From the NCBI GenBank assembly GCA_963803595.1, contig CAWDNF010000019.1, positions 23,383 through 87,382 of the forward strand: DNA of 64,000 bases. Reading direction: 5' to 3'. The stretch comes from an uncultured Solirubrobacterales bacterium. GTDB lineage: Bacteria; Actinomycetota; Thermoleophilia; Solirubrobacterales; Solirubrobacteraceae. Shown here piece after piece: positions 47,922 through 57,679 of the stretch. The notes beneath the pieces were generated by a model. It was not told the DNA's origin, made no database searches, and worked only from the letters and a program-made list of their open reading frames with translations. Made by a program: the position numbers and the translations under genes. The first letter of the stretch is position 1. Each line of letters opens with the position of its first letter.

Positions 47922-48503
47922 ATGCCCCTGATTCCGATGGTGATCGAGCGGACCGCGCGCGGCGAGCGGGAGTTCGACATCTACAGCCGTCTGCTCAACG
48001 AGCGCATCGTGTTCCTGGGAACCCCGATCGACGACACGATCGCCAACCTGATCGTGGCCCAGCTGCTCCACCTCGAGTCCCAGGATCCCGACAAGGACAT
48101 CTCGATCTACATCAACTGCCCGGGCGGCTCGATCTACTCGGGGCTGGCCGTCTACGACACGATGCAGTTCATCAAGCCGGAGATCCAGACGATCTGCGTG
48201 GGGATCGCGATGTCGATGGGCTCACTGCTGTTGGCCGGTGGAGCGAAGGGCAAGCGCTTCTCGCTGCCCAACAGCCGGATCCTCATCCACCAGCCTTCCG
48301 CCGGGTTCGAGGGCCAGGCCACCGACATCCAGATCCACGCCCAGGAGATCCTCAACGTCCGCCAGCGGATCGACGAGATCTACGCCCACCACACCGGCCA
48401 GTCGATCGAGCAGGTGCACTCCGACATGGAGCGCGACCGCTTCTTCAAGCCCGATGAGGCCGTCGAGTACGGGCTGATCGACCGGGTGATCGAGCACCAC
48501 TGA
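47922..48503 (+). CDS. clpP: ATP-dependent Clp protease proteolytic subunit
   Basis: [23 protein letters not shown] (Ser), IHQP (His), ERD (Asp). Confidence 0.95.
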   Translation: MPLIPMVIERTARGEREFDIYSRLLNERIVFLGTPIDDTIANLIVAQLLHLESQDPDKDISIYINCPGGSIYSGLAVYDTMQFIKPEIQTICVGIAMSMGSLLLAGGAKGKRFSLPNSRILIHQPSAGFEGQATDIQIHAQEILNVRQRIDEIYAHHTGQSIEQVHSDMERDRFFKPDEAVEYGLIDRVIEHH

Positions 48504-48511
48504 GGCCCGGC

Positions 48512-48572
48512 GCGCATGCGGCCGCCGGCGCGGCGCATGCGCGGCGGGCGGGGGCGCGCATGCGCGCCCCCG
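48512..48572. repeat. Three GCGCATGCG motifs including a perfect 24-bp palindrome (48549-48572); possible terminator or operator
   Basis: CGGGGGCGCGCATGCGCGCCCCCG directly downstream of clpP. Confidence 0.7.
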
Positions 48573-48607
48573 TGAAAGCAATCCTGCCGCACCGACGTTC
48601 TGTCGGC

Positions 48608-50244
48608 ATGCGAAATCGTGTGGCGGTACTGACAGCAGTTGTAGCGACCGGCGCGTTCGGCGGCGCCGGCCTGGCTTTGGCCAAGCCGATGTCTGATGCC
48701 GACGATCGAGAAGGAGCTCCAGCTTCAGCGAGCCCGCGCGGCAAAGCTGCGCAAAGCCAGAGCCCGCCGTCTGCACAGGAGCCGCGCCCACCGTTCCGCT
48801 CACGCGCGGGCCATCAATCCGCCGGCACCGCCCTGCCCTGAGAACGGGGTGCTGTATCCGCCCCTCCGGTGTCCGGTCTGCCCACCGGCAACTGCGGGAT
48901 CGCCCAACCGGTTGCCACGGGAACCCCGTGGCCGGGCAATATGGCCTACTACGGCGGCCACGTCCAGGTCCATCCCAAGGAGTATCTGGTCTATTGGGGG
49001 TGGGGCGAGAACGGCGCCTTCCCGGGACAGACCTGCACGCCCGAGCCGATCACCGAGGGGACCACGACGGCCACGCTGGCCTGCGACCCCGACGGAGCCG
49101 GCAAGTACATGGCCGATTTCGTCTAGCAGATGGGCGGAACCGGCTGGGCCAACGTCAGCACCCAGTACTACCAGACCGACTCGAGCGGCAACCAGCAGTA
49201 CATCTCCAATGACAAGGATGTGCTGGGCGGGATCTGGGTGGACGACAGCAACGACATCACAGGGCTGGCCAAGACCAACTCGACCAACCCCGCCGGGTCG
49301 ACCAACACGTACTTCGATCTGGCGATGGAGGCCTACCGCGCCGCAGCGCATTTCGGCGTGAGCGGCGCCGGCTTGACCGACGCGAACTTCGTGATCATCC
49401 AGCCACCGGCCGTACAGCGACCCGAACGCGATCGCCTCCGGCTATTGCGCGTTCCACGACTACACGCTCTATGGCGTTCCCGGCAACGACTACTACAAGG
49501 CGACGTGCCCGAGGCTGCTCTCGTACACCAGACATGCCGTACGCGCTGGCAATCAACTCGAGTGGGGTGAACGTGTGTGGCGAGAACGCTGTCAACACGG
49601 ACGCTGCCGGAAAGCTCGACGGATTCTCGATCGTGCTCGGACACGAGATCGAGGAGACGATCACCGACCCGGGTGCCGAGGACATCGTCGGCAGCGGGGC
49701 CGGCCCCCAGACCTACTACGGCGGCTGGTATGACACCACCGACCCCAACGAGAACGGCGACAAGTGCGCCTGGGTAGGGGAGAACCTCCTGACCGGCCAG
49801 GGGCCCCCCGAGCCCGTCTATGGCGCCCTGGGCAACATCAAGGGCAACCAGGGCGAGCGCTTCGCCGTCCAGTCACTGTGGAGCAACGCCGACAACGAGG
49901 GCACCGGCTACTGCGCGGGTGCCGGCACCGACTCGCCTGTGCCCGCCCAGTCGTACGGCAGCTCCACTACGACGACCACTACGACGACCACCACGACGAC
50001 CACCACCGGCGCGGCGACGACTGGCGGCTCGGGCAACGGTGGCGCAAACGGCTCGAGCTCCAGGTCGTCGAGCACCAGCTCGAGCTCGACCCCGGGCAGC
50101 AACCCGAGCCCGCCGGTCTCGGGCACCAACCGCCCCCCGGTTCACAGGACGCTCCACCACGCCAAGCGGCACACGCATCACAAGAGCAAGCACCACAAGC
50201 GCTCGCACCGCAAGCATCACCGCAAGGCGACCAAACGCCGCTAG
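48608..50244 (+). CDS. Secreted protein with HExxE motif, Thr/Ser linker and His/Lys-rich tail (frameshifts and one in-frame TAG)
   Basis: Signal peptide, YYGGHV, GYCAFH, GHEIEETITDP, ENGDKCAW, VQSLWSN. Confidence 0.65.
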
Positions 50245-51020
50245 GCCACGGGATGCTCGATCGCGCCGAGGCGATCGATCTCGATCCGCACCCGGTCTCC
50301 TGACTGAAGGAACCGGGGCGGATCGAGCCCCATCCCCACCCCACTCGGCGTACCGGTGAGGATCAGGTCACCGGGCTCGAGCTTGCAGGTCTGGGCGATG
50401 AAGTCGACCAGCTGCTGGCAGCCGAAGATCAGGTCGGAGGTGCTCGCGTCCTGCCTGAGCTCGTCGTTGACCCAGGTGCGCAGCCGGAGGTCGTGGGGGT
50501 CGGGCACCTCGTCCACGGTGGTCACCCACGGGCCGAGCGGGCAGAAGGTGTCAGCGCCCTTGGCTCGCGTCCACTGTGGCTCGCGCCTCTGGAGATCGCG
50601 CGCGGTTACGTCATCGGCGATGCAGTACCCGGCGATCCGGCCGCCCGCCCCGATCACCACGGTCAGCTCACCTTCGTAGTCGAGCCGCCGCACGACCTCG
50701 GGGCAGCGGACAGGCCCGCCGGGCGGGGCGACCGAGCCCCGCACCTTGACGAACACGATCGGGAACTCAGGCTTCTCTCCCCCCGTCTCTTCGATGTGCT
50801 TGGCGTAGTTGAGGCCGATCGCATAGACGGTGCCCGGCTCGGGAACCGGAGCCAGCAGCTCGACCTCGGAAAGGGGCCAGACGGCGTCACCATGGCGTGG
50901 CTCTGCGCCGGCCAGGATGTCGGCGACCATCAGCTCGGGGGCGAACCCGCGCACCTCCTCCCCGACGAGCTCGCCGGCCCGATGCTCGCCGTCGGGGGTC
51001 CGGACCGTGGCCAGCTTCAC
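50241..51020 (-). CDS. Fumarylacetoacetate hydrolase family protein
   Basis: GLNY..H, DYEGEL, DVTARDLQ, AKGADTFCPLGP, TGTPSGVG. Confidence 0.93.
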   Translation of the reverse strand: MKLATVRTPDGEHRAGELVGEEVRGFAPELMVADILAGAEPRHGDAVWPLSEVELLAPVPEPGTVYAIGLNYAKHIEETGGEKPEFPIVFVKVRGSVAPPGGPVRCPEVVRRLDYEGELTVVIGAGGRIAGYCIADDVTARDLQRREPQWTRAKGADTFCPLGPWVTTVDEVPDPHDLRLRTWVNDELRQDASTSDLIFGCQQLVDFIAQTCKLEPGDLILTGTPSGVGMGLDPPRFLQSGDRVRIEIDRLGAIEHPVA

Positions 51021-51436
51021 TCGGGCAGAACGTGGGTCACGGGAAGGCCCATCCCCTTGGCCTTGCTGACCACGTCGAGCTTCAGCCAGCGCGAGATGCC
51101 GAGCGGTAGCGTCGAGATGATGATCTCGTCGAACGGGCCGCCGAGGTTGATCGCGTCCTCGATCGCCATCAGCGGCTCGGGATCCCCGACGCTGCCTGTC
51201 ACCTCCTGACCGGCTGCCTCGCTGAGCTTGGGGAGCGCGTCGCCCAGCACTTCCTGCGCCTCGGACTCGCCCGTGTCCTGCGGGTCGACGACCTTGTGCA
51301 TTCCGGGCGGCTGCTTGGGGACCACGAGGTGAAAACGCGCGTCGCTCTTCTGTGCACGCTCGCGCACGGCGACGAGCAGCGCCCCGGTGGCTGCGGTCTG
51401 GTGGGCGACGACGAGCACGCGCGCTGGATCAGGCAT
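51017..51436 (-). CDS. Conserved hypothetical protein (universal-stress-like fold)
   Basis: VLVVAHQT, VGDPEP, DEIIISTLP..SRWL, LPVTHV. Confidence 0.6.
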   Translation of the reverse strand: MPDPARVLVVAHQTAATGALLVAVRERAQKSDARFHLVVPKQPPGMHKVVDPQDTGESEAQEVLGDALPKLSEAAGQEVTGSVGDPEPLMAIEDAINLGGPFDEIIISTLPLGISRWLKLDVVSKAKGMGLPVTHVLPE

Positions 51437-51478
51437 GCGCGGGGCGAGTATTCCACCGCGGGCGACGCGCGGCAAGCG

Positions 51479-52327
51479 TCACTGAAGCCAGAAGCGCCCG
51501 CGCGCGACGATCACGGCGCAGCCGCCGACGGCGACGCGCTCGACCCGGTCGGCCGTCCCCTCGATCCGCACGTGCAGCACGGACGGGCGGCCGATCTCCT
51601 CGCCCTGGCGCAGCTCGAGCAGCTCACCCGGGGTCAGGCGGCCGGCACGGAGCAGGTGGACGCCGAGCGGACCGGCCGCCGACCCGGTGGCCGGATCCTC
51701 CGGCACCCCCAGCGCCGGCGCGAACACGCGCGTGCGCACGGTAGGCGGCGTACCCGCGAAGCAGCTCACCCCCAGCTCACCAAGGTCGGCTAGCGCGTTG
51801 TAGTCGGGACGCAGCGAGCCGAGCGCCGCCTCGCTGCCGAGACCGACGTAGACGAAGGTGGGCCCGTTTGTGTAAGCAGCTGGCGCCGTGTCGGCGCGCT
51901 CGATACCCAGTGCCTCGAGCAGCTCCTCCTCCCGGTCGAAGGGCACCGACCGAGGGATCGGCTGCTCCATCTCACCATAGGTGAGGCGTCCGTCCTCGCG
52001 GCGCAGAGTGACTGGCACGGCCCCCACCGGCGGCTCGAGTCTGACCACGTCTGCGTCAGAGCCCTCGGCCAGGACGAACGCGGTCCCCAGCACCGGATGA
52101 CCGGCGAACGGCAGCTCGGCCTGCGGGGTGAAGATCCGGATCGGGGTCGCAGCGGCGTCGTCGCCGGGCGGGAGTACGAACACGGTCTCCGAGAGGTTGA
52201 GCTCGCGGGCGGTCCGCTGCATCAGCTCTGTGTCGAGCCCCGAGCCGTCGAGGAAGACCGCCACGGGGTTGCCGTGGAGCGGGACGTCGGTGAACACGTC
52301 GGCGACTACGTAATCGCGCGGGCTCAT
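51479..52327 (-). CDS. PhzF-family isomerase
   Basis: DVFT..GNP, LSETVF, ELPFAGHP, EDPATGSA, QG.EIGRPS. Confidence 0.93.
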   Translation of the reverse strand: MSPRDYVVADVFTDVPLHGNPVAVFLDGSGLDTELMQRTARELNLSETVFVLPPGDDAAATPIRIFTPQAELPFAGHPVLGTAFVLAEGSDADVVRLEPPVGAVPVTLRREDGRLTYGEMEQPIPRSVPFDREEELLEALGIERADTAPAAYTNGPTFVYVGLGSEAALGSLRPDYNALADLGELGVSCFAGTPPTVRTRVFAPALGVPEDPATGSAAGPLGVHLLRAGRLTPGELLELRQGEEIGRPSVLHVRIEGTADRVERVAVGGCAVIVARGRFWLQ

Positions 52328-52854
52328 CCTCGGTCGGCCAGCTCGAGCAGCGAGGTCACCGTCGTCCAGTTGCGCGCTGTCGCCTTGATTCCCCGCCCGG
52401 GGCTGGCCAGCTTGATCGACAGGCGGGAGCGCGCGACGCCGTCGGGGTGCCAGGCGTACAGCTCCCGTCCGATCGCAACGAGCCGCTCGGCGCCGTTGGC
52501 AAGCGCAGTGAGAGAGTCGACGAGCTCCGGATCCGGATGCGCCGCGAGGAAGGTGACCTGGTAGCGCTTGGGCTCGGTGGCGAGGTCGGCGAGAGGATTG
52601 CGGCCCACGACCTCGGCCAGCTCATCGCGCGTGCGCATCACGACGTCGACGGGAAACCCGAACCGCGCCTCGATCAGCCGCTCGCACTCCCGCCCCACCT
52701 CCTCGGGTGGGCGGTCGCTCGACAGCACCACGTTGCCGCTCGCCAGATAGGTGCGCACGTCCTGGAAGCCGGCGAGCGCATCGCGCAGCTCGGCCATCGG
52801 GATCCGCTTGTAGGCGCCGAGATTGATCCCGCGCAGAAGTGCGACCTGCCTCAG
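52324..52854 (-). CDS. DUF1697-family protein
   Basis: ALLRGINLG, VRTYLASGNV, TARNWTT; probable CTG start at 52854. Confidence 0.8.
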   Translation of the reverse strand: MRQVALLRGINLGAYKRIPMAELRDALAGFQDVRTYLASGNVVLSSDRPPEEVGRECERLIEARFGFPVDVVMRTRDELAEVVGRNPLADLATEPKRYQVTFLAAHPDPELVDSLTALANGAERLVAIGRELYAWHPDGVARSRLSIKLASPGRGIKATARNWTTVTSLLELADRG

Positions 52855-53087
52855 AACAGCGGCTCCTGGCCTGGAATGGCATCCCGGCGCGTGCCGGTCG
52901 GCTGGCCGAGGGCCAGCGCCAGGTCGCGCGCTATCGCCCCCTCGGAGCGCGACGCCACGAGCGGGTCCTCGATCCCTTCGATGTACACGAGCGTCCTGCG
53001 GCGATCTCCGCGGTCAGAACCTTCCAGGGGCACGAGGGCATAGACACGGTCGGCCCGCACGAGCTTCCCGTATCCGAGGGCCACCAT
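52851..53087 (-). CDS. Small RemA/DUF370-like protein
   Basis: MVALGYGKLVRADRV..RRTLV; alternative start 53111. Confidence 0.55.
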   Translation of the reverse strand: MVALGYGKLVRADRVYALVPLEGSDRGDRRRTLVYIEGIEDPLVASRSEGAIARDLALALGQPTGTRRDAIPGQEPLF

Positions 53088-53204
53088 CGGCGCGCTTCGC
53101 TGGGCTGCCACGGGATAGATCGTAGGGCGCTCGATTCAGTGTGCTCCATATCACAGTTGAACCGGCGCGACGCCTGGGCTGCGCGGAGTAATTTGCGCCG
53201 TCTG

Positions 53205-55142
53205 ATGGAGGCGACGGGAGGCGGAGCAGCAGTCGGCGGAAACGCGGCATTCGCGGAGGGCAACCAGCTTGCCGCGCGCGGCGAGATGGAGCGCGCCGAG
53301 GAGGCTTTTCGTCGCGCCGATGACGAGGGCCACCCGACCGCTGCCGCCTACGTCGGGCTGTTCGCGGAAGGGCGCGGCGAGATGGAGGAAGCGCTCGCCG
53401 CCTACCGCCGAGCCGACGAGCGCGGCGACGGCTATGGCGCGCTCCGCCACGGGCTGCTGATCTCCCGCGCGGGCGACTGGGATGCCGCAGCTGAGGCGTG
53501 GGCCCGCGCCGAGGAGCGCGGCAAGGAGGATCCGCCTTTCGACACCGCGGCGCTGATGCCCCGTCCGGCCGGCGCAGGCATGGACGAGGTGCCGGATGAA
53601 GTTCGCCGCTCGGCGTTCGCCAACCCGGTCCTGCTCGGAGCGGTCACCGTGCTGGTGGCGATCATCGGCGTGTTCCTCGCCTACAACGCCAACACCGGCC
53701 TGCCGTTCGTCCCGACGCGGGAGCTGAAGGTGGTGTTCACCAACGGCGCGGCGCTGGTCGATGGGAACGACGTCTACTCGGGCGGGTACCGCGTCGGCCT
53801 CGTGTCCGACATGCATCCGATCCAGCTGGGCAACGGGCGGATCGGCGCCGAGGCGACGCTTGCTCTGAACAAGTCCTTCGGTGGAGTCCCGGCGGACTCC
53901 ACGGCCACGATCAGGCCGCGGTCCCTTCTGGGGCTCAAGTACGTGGAGATCGACCGGGGCACATCGCGCCGCCTGCTGCCGGACGGAGCCACGATGAAGA
54001 TCAACCAGACGACGCTTCCCGTCCAGTTCGACGACATCAACAAGATGTTCGACGCCAAGACGCGACCTGCGGTCCAGCAGGACCTGGTGGGCTTCGGCGA
54101 CACGCTGGCGGCACGAGGCTCGGCGCTCAACGACACGATCGCGAGCCTGCCATCGCTGTTCAAGCACGTGATCCCCGTCGCCCGTTATCTGACCGACCCG
54201 AGGACGGAGCTGACTCGGTTCCTGGTGGCCTTGAACGGGTTTTTCGGAACCGTCTCGCCGGTGGCTCAGCAGAACGAGGAGCTGTTCGCCGATCAGGCCA
54301 CCACATTCGCCGCGATCGACCATTCATCGATCGACCTCGAGAACACGATCCGCGAGTCACCGCCCACGCTCGATGTCTCCACCGCCTCGCTCAAGGTCCA
54401 GCAGCCGTTCCTCGTCGACTTGACGACGTTCTCGAGGTACTTCGCGCCGGCGGCGGTGCAGCTGCGCGAGGCGCTCCCGCAGATCGACCCGGCGCTCGAG
54501 GCGGGGATCAAGGTGCTGCCGCGCACCCCGGCCATGAACCGCAAGCTCCAAGGGGTCCTCGCGGCGCTGCGCGGAGTAGCCGAGGACCCCCTCTCCAACG
54601 TGTCCGTCAACGGCCTCACCGACACCGTGGGAATCCTCAACCCGATGATCCGTTACCTCGGCCCGTTCGTGACCGTGTGCAACACCTGGAACTACACGTG
54701 GACCAACTTCCAGGACCACTTCTCCGAGCAGACGATGTTCGGCGACGCAGAGCGCGCGCTCATCATGTCCGCCAACCACCAGTCAAACAACGTCGGCCAG
54801 CAGGGCGCGACGGCGCCGGCCAATGGCTACATCACGAGCAACCCGCAGGACCTGGCGGCGATGCAGCAGACAGGTGGAATCGACGCCGAGTACTACCACG
54901 CCCCCGCCTATGCCGCCGCAATCGACAACCAGGGCAACGCCGACTGCGAGTTCGGCCAGCACGGCTACCCGCTCAAGCTCAATCACGCAGATCCGCTGGG
55001 CCGACCCTGGGACTCCGACGCTCACTCTCCCGGCGACCAGGGCCCGAACTATGGAGGCCTGCCGAAGGTCCCGCCCGGCGAGACCTTCAGCCGCAACCCG
55101 CAGACCGGGCCGCAGCTCCCTTACTACCCGGCCAACCCATGA
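53205..55142 (+). CDS. MCE/MlaD-family protein with N-terminal TPR/Sel1-like repeats
   Basis: Helical repeats (A..A[FYW]RRADE.G), TM NPVLLGAV, MCE core G..V..GG.RVG.V, RSLLGLKYVEI. Confidence 0.82.
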   Translation: MEATGGGAAVGGNAAFAEGNQLAARGEMERAEEAFRRADDEGHPTAAAYVGLFAEGRGEMEEALAAYRRADERGDGYGALRHGLLISRAGDWDAAAEAWARAEERGKEDPPFDTAALMPRPAGAGMDEVPDEVRRSAFANPVLLGAVTVLVAIIGVFLAYNANTGLPFVPTRELKVVFTNGAALVDGNDVYSGGYRVGLVSDMHPIQLGNGRIGAEATLALNKSFGGVPADSTATIRPRSLLGLKYVEIDRGTSRRLLPDGATMKINQTTLPVQFDDINKMFDAKTRPAVQQDLVGFGDTLAARGSALNDTIASLPSLFKHVIPVARYLTDPRTELTRFLVALNGFFGTVSPVAQQNEELFADQATTFAAIDHSSIDLENTIRESPPTLDVSTASLKVQQPFLVDLTTFSRYFAPAAVQLREALPQIDPALEAGIKVLPRTPAMNRKLQGVLAALRGVAEDPLSNVSVNGLTDTVGILNPMIRYLGPFVTVCNTWNYTWTNFQDHFSEQTMFGDAERALIMSANHQSNNVGQQGATAPANGYITSNPQDLAAMQQTGGIDAEYYHAPAYAAAIDNQGNADCEFGQHGYPLKLNHADPLGRPWDSDAHSPGDQGPNYGGLPKVPPGETFSRNPQTGPQLPYYPANP

Positions 55143-55999
55143 GCCCGGCAGCTGAGACGTTCGCGCTGGGGGGCGATCTCGAGGTCCGCCGGCTGGGGTT
55201 CGGGGCGATGCGGATCACCGGTGAGGGGGTCTGGGGCGAGCCTGAGGATCCGGCCGGCGCGCGGCAGCTGCTCAAACGCGTGGTCGAGCGCGGCGTCAAC
55301 CTGATCGACACTGCCGATTCCTACGGTCCCGCGGTCTCCGAGGAGCTGATCGCCGAGGCGCTTCATCCCTATCCGGAGGATCTCGCGATCGCGACCAAGG
55401 GCGGGCTCGAGCGATCGGGACCCGGCCGGTGGAGCGCCAGCTGCCGCCCGGAGCGGCTCAAGCGCTGCTGCGAGGATTCGCTGCGCCGGCTCAGGCTCGA
55501 GCGGATCGATCTCTACCAGCTGCACACGGTCGACCCCCAGGTGCCGATCGAGGACTCGATCGGAGCGCTGGTCGAGCTCGCCGAGGAGCACAAGATCCGT
55601 CACATCGGCGTATGCAACGTGGGCCGCGAGGACCTCGCGCGGGCGCGCCAGGTCGCCCCGATCGTCTCGGTCCAGAACCGCTACAACCTGTCGGACCGCG
55701 CCTCGGAGAACGTGCTCGGGGTATGCGAGCAGGAAGGGCTCGGGTTCCTGCCGTGGTTTCCGCTGGCCACCGGCGAGCTGGCACGGCCGGGCGGCGCGCT
55801 CGACGAGGTGGCCTCGGCCCATGGCGCTACCGCGGCGCAGGTGGCGCTCGCGTGGCTCCTTCAGCACTCGCCAGTGATGCTGCCGATTCCGGGGACGAGC
55901 TCGCTGGAGCACTTTGAGGAGAACCTCGCCGCGGCTGAGCTCGAGCTGACCGATGAGGAGATGGCGGCGCTGGGGTCGGCGGGCGAGGGCTCGACGTAG
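55139..55999 (+). CDS. Aldo/keto reductase
   Basis: LGFGAM, IDTADSYG, IATKGG, IDLYQLH, IPGT. Confidence 0.93.
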   Translation: MSPAAETFALGGDLEVRRLGFGAMRITGEGVWGEPEDPAGARQLLKRVVERGVNLIDTADSYGPAVSEELIAEALHPYPEDLAIATKGGLERSGPGRWSASCRPERLKRCCEDSLRRLRLERIDLYQLHTVDPQVPIEDSIGALVELAEEHKIRHIGVCNVGREDLARARQVAPIVSVQNRYNLSDRASENVLGVCEQEGLGFLPWFPLATGELARPGGALDEVASAHGATAAQVALAWLLQHSPVMLPIPGTSSLEHFEENLAAAELELTDEEMAALGSAGEGST

Positions 56000-56008
56000 G
56001 GCTGCTGG

Positions 56009-56743
56009 TTAGGCAGCTGGACCCCGCAGGCCCTCGAGCAGTCGCCTGATCGTCTGGCTCATCTCGGCGCGGGCAGCGGCTGGGTCATCGGCCCGCGCAA
56101 CGACCATGGCCGCCTCGTCGAGCGCGCCGGTGAGCACGTGCGCCACCGCGGTGGGCGAGCCGGGCAGCATCCGTCCGGCGTCCATTGCGTTCTGGATCGC
56201 GCCTACCAGGATCCCGAAGCCGTAGTCGGCGTCGAGGGCCCGCCAGACATCCCAGCCGAGCACGGCCGGGCCGTCGATCAGCATCACACGCTGGACCTCG
56301 GGGAGGGCGCTGGCATCGAGAAACGCCTCCGCGCCAAGGACGAGCTCCTCCCACGGGTCGTCGGTCTTGCTCGCCGCGCTTATGACCCGCTGGAGCGTCT
56401 CGGCGCTGATCTGCACGAGCACGGCTTTGAACAGCTCCTCCTTGCCCCTGGGAAAGTGGTGATAGAGAGCGCCCCGGGTGACCCCGGCCCGCTTGACGAT
56501 CTCCTCGGTCCCGACGTCGGCGTAGCCGCGCTCCGCGAAGAGGCCGCGCGCGGCTGTGATCAGTGCGGCTGTGGTCGCCTCGCGCTGGGCGGCCTTGGTG
56601 CGCGGGCGGGGCGGCGCCGCTCCGGCGGGCTGCGGCTCAGCTGCCGCCGCCGGCACCATCGGCTCCGTCCTCGCCGCGCCCCGCCGCGGCGTCAGTGCCA
56701 TCGGCTCCGTCCTCGCCGGGCCCCGTGGCGGCACCAGCGCCAT
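56009..56743 (-). CDS. TetR/AcrR-family transcriptional regulator
   Basis: AARGLFAERGY, AGVTRGALYHHF..KEELF; start uncertain because of an N-terminal repeat. Confidence 0.92.
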   Translation of the reverse strand: MALVPPRGPARTEPMALTPRRGAARTEPMVPAAAAEPQPAGAAPPRPRTKAAQREATTAALITAARGLFAERGYADVGTEEIVKRAGVTRGALYHHFPRGKEELFKAVLVQISAETLQRVISAASKTDDPWEELVLGAEAFLDASALPEVQRVMLIDGPAVLGWDVWRALDADYGFGILVGAIQNAMDAGRMLPGSPTAVAHVLTGALDEAAMVVARADDPAAARAEMSQTIRRLLEGLRGPAA

Positions 56744-56754
56744 CGCCCCTCGAC

Positions 56755-56784
56755 TTGACATCCATACTGTCTGTATGTGAAGAT
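56755..56784 (+). promoter_or_regulatory. Putative promoter with TetR operator
   Basis: Perfect TTGACA at 56755-56760 followed by inverted repeat CATAC-N5-GTATG (56763-56777) between the divergent genes. Confidence 0.65.
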
Positions 56785-56827
56785 ACGTACACCTTGTACG
56801 CAAACCTTATAACCCCAGGTGGCCGAC

Positions 56828-57679
56828 ATGCCTGAGATCCAGCTTTCGCAGGGAAAGATTCACTATCGAGACGAGGGAACGGGCGAGCCGATCGTTCTGA
56901 TCCACGGGCTGCTCGTCAACGGCGGCGTTTGGGAGCGGCTCGTGCCGCACCTTGCCATGCGCCACCGGTGCATCGTGCCCGACCTCCCGCTTGGTTCGCA
57001 CCGCGACGCGATGAAACCTCAGGCGGACCTCTCGCCGCTCGGCCTGGCGGCGCTGATCGCCGAGTTGCTCGAGCGACTCGAGCTCGATCAGGTAGTGCTG
57101 GTAGGCAATGACACGGGCGGCGCGCTGTGCCAGCTGGTCGTTGCGCACCACCCTGATCGGATCGGGCGACTCGTGCTGACCAATTGCGATGCCTTCGAGC
57201 ACTTCCCGCCCGCGAGCCTCAAGCCGCTGATCGGCGGGCTCGCGCGCGTGCCGGGCGCCGTCGCTTCGCTGGCAATCCTCGGCCGCCTGGCCCCCGTGCG
57301 CCGCGCGTCGATGTCGATTGCCGCTCTCACCCGCCAACCGATTCCCGACGAGTTGGTGGAGGCCTGGGTCTCACCCTTGCGCGAGCGCGGCGTCCGGCGC
57401 GACCTGCTCAAGGTCCTGCGCGGCATCGCTCCCTCACATACTCTCGCCGCCGCCGAACGGCTGGGCGAGTTCAAGGCGCCCGTGCTGATCGCGTGGGGCA
57501 CGGGCGACCGCTACTTCCCAGTCAGCGACGCCGAGCGGCTGGCCGGCGCCTTTCCGGATGCGCGCCTCGAGTTGGTCGATGGCGCGCGGACGTTCGTGCA
57601 GCTCGACGCGCCCGATCGTCTGGCGGCGCTGATCGAGTCCGCCCTGGCGGGCGCATCCGACCAGAAGGAGGTTGCGTGA
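56828..57679 (+). CDS. Alpha/beta-hydrolase (epoxide hydrolase/dehalogenase-like Asp nucleophile)
   Basis: IHG, PDLP, GNDTGG, WG..D. Confidence 0.88.
   Translation: MPEIQLSQGKIHYRDEGTGEPIVLIHGLLVNGGVWERLVPHLAMRHRCIVPDLPLGSHRDAMKPQADLSPLGLAALIAELLERLELDQVVLVGNDTGGALCQLVVAHHPDRIGRLVLTNCDAFEHFPPASLKPLIGGLARVPGAVASLAILGRLAPVRRASMSIAALTRQPIPDELVEAWVSPLRERGVRRDLLKVLRGIAPSHTLAAAERLGEFKAPVLIAWGTGDRYFPVSDAERLAGAFPDARLELVDGARTFVQLDAPDRLAALIESALAGASDQKEVA

Noticed and set aside
49124-49126. In-frame TAG as pyrrolysine or readthrough
   Set aside because: No pyl genes in the window, TAG is a normal stop in many genes here, and the site lies in the error-rich zone.
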